Shown here: positions 38,488-47,700 of the stretch, piece after piece | How the letters are laid out: each line of letters starts with the position of its first letter | How positions within the stretch are numbered: the stretch's first letter is position 1 | Assembly: GCA_043732185.1 (NCBI GenBank) | Contig: JAYTHY010000046.1 | Location: 1-64,000 of the forward strand | DNA length: 64,000 nt | Source of the DNA: Fibrobacteria bacterium | Lineage (GTDB): Bacteria > Fibrobacterota > Fibrobacteria > UBA11236 | Direction: 5' to 3' | Position numbers and translations under genes: made by a program | The notes under the pieces: generated by a model | The model's input: the letters and a program-made list of their open reading frames with translations, nothing else | The model's database searches: none | What the model was told of the DNA's origin: nothing

Positions 38488-39489
38488 GTGGCACCCTTTT
38501 TTGAGAGGCATAATAAGGCACATATGCTAACCCGTTTTTCAATTCTCGGCTGCTTTCTCAAATCCGTACTACCAGCTTGTTTAAGTTTTGCCATTTTATG
38601 CACAACCGTATGGTCTCCAAGGATTTTTGCAGATAGTGTTAAACCGCTTTCTTACGGTCCTTTTTTCATGAACCAATTAAGTTCCACTCTCAGCCCATTT
38701 GGCTACGATTATGTATTAGATAACGTGCTTTACCATTTCCAAGTCGGCTGGATGGAACCGCTTTCAGCGGGCTCACAAGGAATCTTTAGAGGAACCTATT
38801 TGGAGACGAACGGAAATTTTAGTGCATCACCATTTCTTTCAGATATTGGAACGACTTTCAATTTAAAGCCAATCCGTTATTTTGAAATCGGGTTAAGCTA
38901 TAACCGATTGCTATTTCACAATTCAATGGTGACTTTCAACCGGAGTACCACGCAAAACATACCAGCCCCTGAGGAATGGCGACCTGAAACTATTATCTCC
39001 CGCGATTTTAAAGAACCGGGTGGCGCGGATGTCTTTACCTTTCAATCCAACTTTACTTTTGATCTAGGACCTGCCCAGCTGTACCTTTTTGGATCTCGAA
39101 CACTTTGGGATATTGATGCCCAAGGCCATGACTTTGTCTATGAATATGGCACTGACATTCTCTTGCGAAAACGTGACCGAGTCAACTCCTTGCTTGCCCA
39201 ATTATCATGGGACCTGCGTCCCCATTCGCTTTATTCCCAAGTATCTTTTACTGGATTTTCGCTGCGCAATCAATATTGGTATACAACACAAACGCGATTG
39301 GAAAAAAATTTGGTGTCAGGTGGCATAACCGGTTTTCGCATTGGAAGAAACCCGGAACATCAAAGGCGTGGCTTGGATTTAAGCTTGGGTTATTGGACCT
39401 TGCATACTCAATTACAGAGAAAAGATTGGATAAAATCCCTGGTACTCATCGGCGATTGGAAGTGGAATATCCAATTTTTGAAAATTTAA
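38488..39489 (+). CDS. Hypothetical, probable outer-membrane beta-strand protein
   Basis: 333-aa ORF, signal-like N-terminus, aromatic-rich alternating strands. Confidence 0.65.
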   Translation: MAPFFERHNKAHMLTRFSILGCFLKSVLPACLSFAILCTTVWSPRIFADSVKPLSYGPFFMNQLSSTLSPFGYDYVLDNVLYHFQVGWMEPLSAGSQGIFRGTYLETNGNFSASPFLSDIGTTFNLKPIRYFEIGLSYNRLLFHNSMVTFNRSTTQNIPAPEEWRPETIISRDFKEPGGADVFTFQSNFTFDLGPAQLYLFGSRTLWDIDAQGHDFVYEYGTDILLRKRDRVNSLLAQLSWDLRPHSLYSQVSFTGFSLRNQYWYTTQTRLEKNLVSGGITGFRIGRNPEHQRRGLDLSLGYWTLHTQLQRKDWIKSLVLIGDWKWNIQFLKI

Positions 39490-39508
39490 ATCACACGTCC
39501 TACTGCAT

Positions 39509-40393
39509 TTAGTTTTTAACACCGTCAGCACTTTCCAAATCAGTACCTTCCAAATCAGTTTCACTGGATTTTTCAGCATCTTCCCATTTACCCTGGGAAT
39601 AGAGACTAAATCTCGCAGGCTTTGCTTTTGCATTCTGAGCGATAGGCATCGGCGCAAAGGAATAATGGCGGAAACACATGCGTAAACTTGACAGGGAGTC
39701 ACAATCAGAAACGGTGAGATCGGAAATCAGCCATTTGTTTTCCACCTGATGGTACCCGACAATATTCATTGTTTTGATTTTTTGTTGGCCCTGTCCGTAA
39801 AATGTGATGGTTTTCAAGAGGACTGGGTTTTTAGTTAAAGTGACTTCCAGACGGGAATAGAACGATTGGAAAAGCGGTTTTAAGGACATGCTAAGCTGGT
39901 AGGTGCTATCCATTGCCTTAAGTCCTTTACAGGAAGAATATTCCAAAAAGAAATCTGTAGGCAATTTGAGCATATCCTCATAGGTGAGTAAGCTACCGAC
40001 GAGTCCTTTTTTCCATTGACGATTAGCAATCCGGCGAATGCGATGGCTATTGTCATCGGTAATCCATTGCTCTCTACCAAATTGCAGACTGTGGTATTCA
40101 AAAGCCTTTTTAGGACTGGCCAAAGAAATCCGTCTCTCCCCAATTTCGTCCGAAAATTCGGCCTGGCCGGAAAGGGTGTCCAAACCCAGGGGAAAGGTTT
40201 CGTTTACAATTTCCAAGGTAGCCTGATAATGGCCACGGTATTGATTTTTCAAGGCCTGGACCAATAGCTGTCTGGCCAGATCCTCATCGGCGCCAAAAAT
40301 GTGCGTGGCCAACATTAATCCCACCAAGCCCAGCGCTGAAATGCGGGCTAAGTATTTAGAAGGATAAAAGTGGATGAATGGATATAAGTGCAT
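39509..40393 (-). CDS. Outer-membrane lipoprotein-sorting (LolA-like) protein
   Basis: Signal peptide; RIRRI......GLVGS.LTYEDM, YSRL....., K.I.FY......KT, Y.QV..KW. Confidence 0.7.
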   Translation of the reverse strand: MHLYPFIHFYPSKYLARISALGLVGLMLATHIFGADEDLARQLLVQALKNQYRGHYQATLEIVNETFPLGLDTLSGQAEFSDEIGERRISLASPKKAFEYHSLQFGREQWITDDNSHRIRRIANRQWKKGLVGSLLTYEDMLKLPTDFFLEYSSCKGLKAMDSTYQLSMSLKPLFQSFYSRLEVTLTKNPVLLKTITFYGQGQQKIKTMNIVGYHQVENKWLISDLTVSDCDSLSSLRMCFRHYSFAPMPIAQNAKAKPARFSLYSQGKWEDAEKSSETDLEGTDLESADGVKN

Positions 40394-40625
40394 GAAAGCC
40401 CATTGGATGGTCCTTACAAATCGGTAGGACGCACTCTAAATTATACAATTCGGCGGGTTAAAAAAAGTGGTCTGCTAAAGGACAATAATTCCAAAAAAGC
40501 TTTAAAATTAATATTGATCTTTTTGCCGCCAGCCAGTTCCTTTATGGCCCCATTGCCCTGCAAATACAGGGCAATGGTCCGATGCCACCTCGCAATACGA
40601 TTAAAGGTTCAGCTCAGCAGATAGA

Positions 40626-41744
40626 TCAGGTTTCGCCTTGAGCCGTGATTTCAATATTGTCCCAGGACTCCTCTCCTGTGGGACCGAAGCCCTTTGTGGA
40701 CTTGGCATCTGCTTGACCGGTAGCTAAGGTTTGACGAATCTTAAGTTCGATTTCTTCCGCCAAGGACTTATTCTCTTTGAGGAAATCTCGGGCCTTTTCA
40801 CGGCCTTGTCCCAGCCGCTCTTTCCCGTAGGAGAACCAGGTTCCACTCTTTTGTACGATTTCCATTTCAGTAGCCATGTCCAAAAGACTGCCTTCTCGGG
40901 AGATACCGACCCCGTAGAGAATATCGAACTCGCATTGTTTAAAGGGCGCAGCAACTTTATTCTTGACCACCTTCACCTTGGTCCGGTTTCCAATAACCTC
41001 CTCGCCTTCTTTTAAGGACGCTATTTTGCGGATGTCCAAGCGTACGGAGGCATAGAACTTGAGAGCATTGCCGCCCGTGGTGGTTTCGGGATTCCCGAAC
41101 ATCACGCCAATTTTCATGCGCAATTGATTGATGAAAATTAGGCAGCAATGGGAGCGGTTGAGTATACCCGTTAATTTGCGCAAAGCCTGGGACATAAGGC
41201 GCGCTTGAAGGCCCATGTGTGAATCTCCCATTTCACCATTGATTTCCGCCTGGGGCACCAAGGCCGCAACCGAATCGACTACAATGAGATCAATGGCGTT
41301 GCTGCGCACCAGGGTCTCGACAATATCCAGGGCTTGTTCTCCCGTATCGGGTTGGGATACGAGCAAGTTGTCGATATCCACTCCCAACTTTCGTGCATAG
41401 AGTGCATCAAAGGCATGCTCTGCATCAATAAAGGCTGCTACACCACCTGCTTTTTGGCATTCGGCAATAGCATGCAGAGTCAACGTGGTCTTTCCCGATG
41501 ATTCCGGGCCAAAGACCTCCACAACTCGGCCCTTGGGCAGTCCACCGATTCCCAGGGCCATATCCAACTGGATACATCCCGTACTGATAACGGGAATATC
41601 AATTGTTTCCTGGCTCCCCAAAGTCATGATGGAACCCTTACCGTGGTTCTTCTCAATTTGGGCGACGGCAGCGTCAACGGCCCTTTTCTTATTGCTGACT
41701 TCCTCATTAGCGGCTGAGGGCGAGGTGGATTTCTTGACTGACAT
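40626..41744 (-). CDS. recA: Recombinase A
   Basis: [60 protein letters not shown]. Confidence 0.99.
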   Translation of the reverse strand: MSVKKSTSPSAANEEVSNKKRAVDAAVAQIEKNHGKGSIMTLGSQETIDIPVISTGCIQLDMALGIGGLPKGRVVEVFGPESSGKTTLTLHAIAECQKAGGVAAFIDAEHAFDALYARKLGVDIDNLLVSQPDTGEQALDIVETLVRSNAIDLIVVDSVAALVPQAEINGEMGDSHMGLQARLMSQALRKLTGILNRSHCCLIFINQLRMKIGVMFGNPETTTGGNALKFYASVRLDIRKIASLKEGEEVIGNRTKVKVVKNKVAAPFKQCEFDILYGVGISREGSLLDMATEMEIVQKSGTWFSYGKERLGQGREKARDFLKENKSLAEEIELKIRQTLATGQADAKSTKGFGPTGEESWDNIEITAQGET

Positions 41745-41787
41745 AAAAGCTCCTTTGGGAGGGTGGATGTGTAAGTTTACTTTATAC

Positions 41788-41801
41788 TGCTCATTTGTGC
41801 A
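41788..41801. promoter_or_regulatory. LexA (SOS) box, Fibrobacter type
   Basis: TGCTC-ATTT-GTGCA matches the TGCNC-N4-GTGCA motif described for Fibrobacter succinogenes LexA; about 45 nt upstream of recA. Confidence 0.8.
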
Positions 41802-41824
41802 AGGGCAAATTTGAATAAGTTTTT

Positions 41825-43093
41825 TTAGGCCGAATTCTCCGAGATATGCAACCTAAGTAGGTTGAGGGCCGAATAACATGACCGGGATCTCACTGTACGA
41901 CGATCACCCCGAAATTGAAACTTGTGTGCCAACGCTGCTTTTTGCGAGGCGACGGCAATCCACACCGTACCCACTGGTTTTTCACTGGTTCCTCCATCCG
42001 GGCCAGCAATGCCAGTTATGGCACAGGCATATTGGGCATTGGAACGGATTAAACAGCCCTTAACCATGGCCAAAGCGCATGCCTCAGACACTGCGCCATG
42101 TGTATTCAATAGCTCCGGATCGACGCCCAGCATTTCGCTTTTGGCGGCATTGGAATAGGTCAGGAAGCCCTTTTGGAATATTGCTGAACTTCCGGGAAGG
42201 TCCGTCAGCAAGGCCGCTAATCCGCCACCTGTACAGGATTCTGCTACCGAGACCTGGGCTCGTTCTGCGAGGAGCTGCCTTTGGACGATCTCCACAAGAT
42301 CGGCACCATGCGCATCCACAACGGCCTCGCTTGGTATAGCCGCAACCAGAGCCTTCCAAATGCCATCCAACTCAACCTGTCGGTCTTCCCTCTCCTCGGT
42401 GGCAATCAAACAGCTTAGAGAAAGCTTGACCCCTTTTTCATTGGGGAGACTCGAAAACTGAAATGGAGGATGGATATTTACGGATCCAAAGGCTTGCCGT
42501 TGACTGCCTTCCGACCAGCCGAACACCCAAAGTGACCGTTCCAGCAACTGCTGCCTAGACGGGATAGCCGGCAACAGGTGCAAAGTGGCCATGGCCTTGA
42601 GCTCGGACGGAACTCCTGGAAATGCAAAGAGGGATATCCCGCGATATGTGGTTTTAAACCCACACGCTGTGCCCGTAGGATTGCGCAGCGGTATCGTGGA
42701 CTCAGGAATAGTCGCTTGGATTCTTTGTCCAGGCGGAATTTCATCCATTGTTTTCCCGAGAAATGCACCCAGCCAATTGAGCGCATCCGCACTCTCAATA
42801 ACTTTCTTATTTAAAAATGCAGCCACGGCCTCCCGCGTCAAATCATCCCGTGTCGGTCCTAATCCACCGGTCAATACCAGAACCTCGACGCGAACTTGCT
42901 CCGACCTGTACTGAGTACCTCCAGTAATCCATTCCAAAGCACCGGCCAAGTTTTTGGCATGGTCGCCAACTACAATTGCAAACACAATCTCATGACCCAA
43001 AGACGCCAACAGGCGCGAAAGCTCGAACTGATTGGTATTCAGGATTTTTCCGGACAGAAGCTCATCGCCGATATTCACAATGCCGATTCTCAT
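41825..43093 (-). CDS. cinA: CinA family NMN deamidase/ADPR pyrophosphatase
   Basis: IGDELLSG...[36 protein letters not shown]...KPVGTV; upstream of recA. Confidence 0.95.
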   Translation of the reverse strand: MRIGIVNIGDELLSGKILNTNQFELSRLLASLGHEIVFAIVVGDHAKNLAGALEWITGGTQYRSEQVRVEVLVLTGGLGPTRDDLTREAVAAFLNKKVIESADALNWLGAFLGKTMDEIPPGQRIQATIPESTIPLRNPTGTACGFKTTYRGISLFAFPGVPSELKAMATLHLLPAIPSRQQLLERSLWVFGWSEGSQRQAFGSVNIHPPFQFSSLPNEKGVKLSLSCLIATEEREDRQVELDGIWKALVAAIPSEAVVDAHGADLVEIVQRQLLAERAQVSVAESCTGGGLAALLTDLPGSSAIFQKGFLTYSNAAKSEMLGVDPELLNTHGAVSEACALAMVKGCLIRSNAQYACAITGIAGPDGGTSEKPVGTVWIAVASQKAALAHKFQFRGDRRTVRSRSCYSALNLLRLHISENSA

Positions 43094-43198
43094 ATTTGAA
43101 ATATACCACCTACATGAGGACAGTAAATGTCACCTTTGAGAATCCCGTACGATCCTGTTGCGAGCACTTCTTGTTACTTTTCCTTACGGTATCCACAC

Positions 43199-44161
43199 AT
43201 GGCAAAAACCTTCCACTTCCCTCTGTTCGCTTGGATCGCGCTTCTTCTTTGCCCGATAAGTACTTACAGTCAAGGCCATAGCGGAATCCCGGAAATCGAC
43301 ACGCTTCCCCTTTATGATTGGAGCGTCGGGACCCGGCAGCTATCCTATACCAAGGCCTTGACACTTTCAGCCTTATTGCCTGGCGGCGGACAAATATATG
43401 GCCAACATCCCGTACGAGGCGGCTTTCTTATCGGTTTGGAGACGATGTTGGTAGGCCTGGCCACGTATTCGAATCTCGTGGACATTCCAGCCTGGCGGGA
43501 CGAAGCACGTAAGGCCCTGGACTCGGCCGATGTGCTTTTTGGAATGGAAGGCCGCCTAACCGTGGACAGTATTGCCCCACTGGAAAAGCGACGTTTGGAT
43601 AAAGTGGCGTTTGCTCGGCAGCGCAGCCAATTGGCATCGCAGCAACAAGATTTGACCCGGTCCCAATTCGCCTGGGCCGCAGGACTGCATGTTTATGGAA
43701 TGCTCGATGCCGTTGAAATCACCTACTTGAGTAAACATCGCGATAATAAAACCCGATCCATTTCCTCCGCGCTCTATCGGGGCATGCTGTTTCCAGGCGG
43801 CGGGCAATTGTACAATCGACGCTATGGCAAATTTGGATTGTTATGGATGACGCTAGGCGCCAGTGCGGTATCAGCCTATTCACGACAAGAAATGGTTTCA
43901 CTTTTAAACCATCGACTTAGCACCGCGCGCCTCGAAACCGGAGTAGGGAGATCCTTGCAAGTGACGGAATTGGAAAAAGACAGAACCCTATACCGGAAGC
44001 GTCGCAATCAATATTTCTGGGGTATGTCTTTATTTTACGTATATGCCATTTTGGACGGAATGGTGGATGCGGCGCTATCGGACTTTGATGCCCCTCAGCA
44101 TTTTGCCCTTAGCCTGACACCTTCAGGCGCAGTCGGCGGTCAACTGTCCTTGCCCTTCTAA
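43199..44161 (+). CDS. Tandem DUF5683-like membrane protein
   Basis: Two copies of PGGGQ.Y and two of YG/A.LD..V; signal peptide. Confidence 0.7.
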   Translation: MAKTFHFPLFAWIALLLCPISTYSQGHSGIPEIDTLPLYDWSVGTRQLSYTKALTLSALLPGGGQIYGQHPVRGGFLIGLETMLVGLATYSNLVDIPAWRDEARKALDSADVLFGMEGRLTVDSIAPLEKRRLDKVAFARQRSQLASQQQDLTRSQFAWAAGLHVYGMLDAVEITYLSKHRDNKTRSISSALYRGMLFPGGGQLYNRRYGKFGLLWMTLGASAVSAYSRQEMVSLLNHRLSTARLETGVGRSLQVTELEKDRTLYRKRRNQYFWGMSLFYVYAILDGMVDAALSDFDAPQHFALSLTPSGAVGGQLSLPF

Positions 44162-44182
44162 AGTCCCTGCCCTTCTAAACTG

Positions 44183-44617
44183 CTAACCGAAACCTGATTG
44201 GCTTGGGTGGCGGTCCAGAAAGGCCTGCCATTGCTGGTTTAGGTAAGCCAAGGCTTGTGATTCCGATTCTGCATTTTCCAAATACTCTTCCAGGCATTCC
44301 ACCACTGTAGGGGGTTCGATATGTTTGATCCACATGTTCAATCGGAAGTCGAAATAAATATTGCGATGATCAAAAGGAAAATCTGCCGGAACCCGCTCCG
44401 CCAATTGTATCATCTGCTCCGCTGAAAACCCTAATTCAGCTAAGGGAAGCAAAAAAAATGGAAGTTCACTTTTGTGATCCGGCTCCCTATTCGCGGTCGT
44501 AACGGAACCGGACATTTTGGACAGTGCGGATTCCAGAGCCTGGACCTGTGCAAGCGCCAATCGACCTAGCCTGGCTTCCAGATCATGATCCTTAAGCCTA
44601 AAAATACTTTGACCCAT
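44183..44617 (-). CDS. Hypothetical protein
   Basis: GGAGG SD, 144 aa, fills the intergenic space. Confidence 0.65.
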   Translation of the reverse strand: MGQSIFRLKDHDLEARLGRLALAQVQALESALSKMSGSVTTANREPDHKSELPFFLLPLAELGFSAEQMIQLAERVPADFPFDHRNIYFDFRLNMWIKHIEPPTVVECLEEYLENAESESQALAYLNQQWQAFLDRHPSQSGFG

Positions 44618-44722
44618 TTAGATCCTCCAACAATTCCAGAATAACATTTCTTACAAGACTTAAGCCAGAAACGAACGAGGCGTAGTGATTTTATATGCGC
44701 GGGCATGAAAATTCTGGCCAAT

Positions 44723-44753
44723 AAAAAAGCCCCGGGCTGTGCAGGCCCAGGGC
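44723..44753 (-). terminator. Intrinsic terminator after the large lipoprotein gene
   Basis: GC-rich stem followed by a T6 tract on the minus strand. Confidence 0.7.
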
Positions 44754-44775
44754 AGAAAATTCGAAAATATTTCGT

Positions 44776-47700
44776 TTACAAACCTGCGACGGGCCCCTTT
44801 TCAATAACAACGATATCATTATTGGGCGTTAGCATCGGCAACGTTGGATCCATCTTATCACCCAAGAAGACATAAGTCTTTGTGGGGACAGCAGCATCCC
44901 TGACTGTTGCAATAATACCATCGGTCATGACTGTCGAAGCATCTACCTTGGCGTCTAGCAATCCGGTCGGAGTCATGACTTTGACCATATTTGCTTTGAA
45001 AGCCAACGCTGGGGCAATTTTATCGATAGAACCTTTATAAGGCTGGGGCTTGGTGCTGTCCGGAGGGACAGGACCACAAACTGCCTTGGTCGGGTCGCAG
45101 ACTGGCGCAGGACCACAAACTGCCTTGGTCGGGTCGCAGACTGGCGCAGGACCACAGGGACCCTTGGTTGGGTCACACACTGGGGCGGGACCACAAGGAC
45201 CCTTGGTTGGGTCACACACTGGGGCGGGACCACAAGGACCCTTGGTCGGGTCACAAACGGGTGCTGGGCAGGATTGCACCAACGGATCGCACACGGGTGC
45301 AGGACCGCACGGGCCCTTGGTCGGGTCGCACACTGGGGCAGGGCAAGTTCCCTTAGTGGGGTCACAGACCGGAGCCGGTCCGCATGGGCCTTTAGCCGGG
45401 TCGCAAACCGGGAGCGGGCCGATATTGGATGGGCAGGACATGGAAGTGAAATACTCCGCACTCATCAGACGCATCTCCACCACGAAAACGCTGTAGCGAA
45501 TATCGCCGTAGGAATCACGTGCTTTGTCGATGCGCTGAGGCATGCCAGGCGTAAACTGATCTTCCATGAGTACGAAAATGGTACCCTTCACCATAGGCAA
45601 GGACAGGGAGTCCGATTGATGAATAAATTTGCTCGAATCGGAACCATCCCGCGGAGCCAATGTTACCGGGGTCAAGACCACCTGTCCGCATAATCCCATT
45701 TTGGCGTTTTGAACATTAATGGAGTCATACTTCACCCTATAAATGCGCCCGGCGAGCGATACATAGAAGTAATCATCCGCCTTGACCATTGCCTTTTCCA
45801 GGTAAACCTTAAAGGAAGTTGTTCCTCCCATGAAAGGTTTAGAAAAAGAAGTGCCAGGGTTGGGGTTTGGATTGGTGATACATCCCTTAGCCGGATCGCA
45901 AACTGGTGCGGGGCCACACGGTCCCTTGGTCGGATCGCAAACTGGCGTGGGATTGCATGGGCCTTTAAGGGGATCGCAAGGTGTCGGATTGGTACCGGGC
46001 TGCATGACGAATCCAGCGCCGGTCTTGTCCTGTGCAATCCATCCCTTCATGACGCCCGTTATGCCGTCAGGGCTTGGTGTCATTTCAGCCTTGAGAGCCT
46101 TAGCATTGATCTGTCCCGGATAGCTCTTATGGATGCCGGCGGAATCAGATTCCTGGAAGAAATGGCCATCCACGATCCAGCTATCTTTACCGTCATACAG
46201 AATCTTGCCGCCAACTTCCGAACGTTTGAAGCTGGTACCCACAGTAACCCGTTTTTCCCCCTGGAATTCAAAGCTGCCGTCCGGTTGGCTGCGGAACATG
46301 AGATTATCGACCACGGCCAACGTATCGCCGAAATCATCAACCAAGGTCACGGTGCCTTTGGTAAAGGTGATCAAAGAACCTTCCTTGACACCAGAAGGAG
46401 GCAATCGATAACTGATCGTCATTGGTTGAGGATTATTGATAGGATTGATAATCCCTCCGGTTACAGATCCACCGCCAGTTCCGGGAAGGAACCGGGTCAC
46501 ATCTTCACCACGACCGCTGGCAGCGAATTGACCAACGTAGGGACCACTGCCGAAGTTGGTGGAGGTTTTTGGAACAGCAGTAATCATGTCCACAGGACCC
46601 ATCATGAGAGATTGATTAGGGTCATAATGTCCACGCAATAGCAAGGCGCGGCCGGCATCGGGACCGGTTTTGGATAAGGTGACGGGTACGCGCACTTCAC
46701 CTGACATTTCATCAAAGAGTGTTCGGACGGTATCTGCTAGTGTATCCATTCCAATAACTGCAGAATAAGTCACCCACATCAGTTTGAGTGTGTCGGTATA
46801 TAGTTTGAAAGAAATGCTGTTGAGGTTGGGTCCCATCTGGAACTTACCTGCGAACACTCCCACCGGTGCGGATGCGCGGGCGCGCGTGCCGGGGTTGCTC
46901 TTGGCATCCATCGGATTGAATCCTGACATCATTTCGATTTCATCGGGGAATCCATCGGAATCAGAATCCACCCAAATAATTCCCAGCCCAACCAGCTTAG
47001 TGATTTCTCCCTTTACACCAACAGCATCGGCCTTTTTGAAGATTAGACTGTCGGTACCTTTAGGATCCAGCATGGCTTCCAAGAAATCAGCCAAGCCATC
47101 TCCATCCGTGTCCACGCGGAAGTCAGGAACGGAATTTCTGTCATTTGGATTGGTTTTGTACTTGATTTCCATCTGATCCGGAACACCGTCCTGATCCATA
47201 TCGCCAAAGCTGCTGCCTGTATTCATGCCTGGTTGAGCGTTAACGAATTGCTGCTGATTGTTTTGTAATTGGTTAAAGGCTACATCACCCTGTGGGAAGG
47301 TCTTACAGGCAAAGTATCCTCGTACAGTGCCGAAGTCCGACTCGCCATAGAAGCGACTGGGATTGAAACCACTGGCTAAGAATTGAACAGCGCTAGTATC
47401 CTTGATGGCGATGACCTTCCAATTATAGACGCCACCAAAACCAGTGGCCACATCCACCACCTTGGTAATGGCATTCTCGTACATGGTACGTTCCCAACCT
47501 GGCAGTTTGAGGTCTTGGGCACGACGGAGAATCATGGAAGCATTGGTACCCTCCACGCCACCTGCAGAATTGAGCACAAAGCTCTCTGGCAGGCCGGTTT
47601 TATTGGACGCCTTCACAAAGATCAAGGCACCGTAAGGAGGACGGCCAAAGCAGAATTTAGGATCCTCGGCCAATCCGACGATGTACCCACCTACGCTGTC

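Noticed and set aside
39533..39559. Direct repeat TTCCAAATCAGT x2
   Set aside because: In-frame 15-nt duplication (TDLEG/TDLES) in a low-complexity protein tail.
45069..45414. 36-39 bp repeats as a CRISPR array
   Set aside because: Head-to-tail with no unique spacers, lengths are multiples of 3, variation is mostly synonymous within a 1727-aa ORF, and there are no cas genes.
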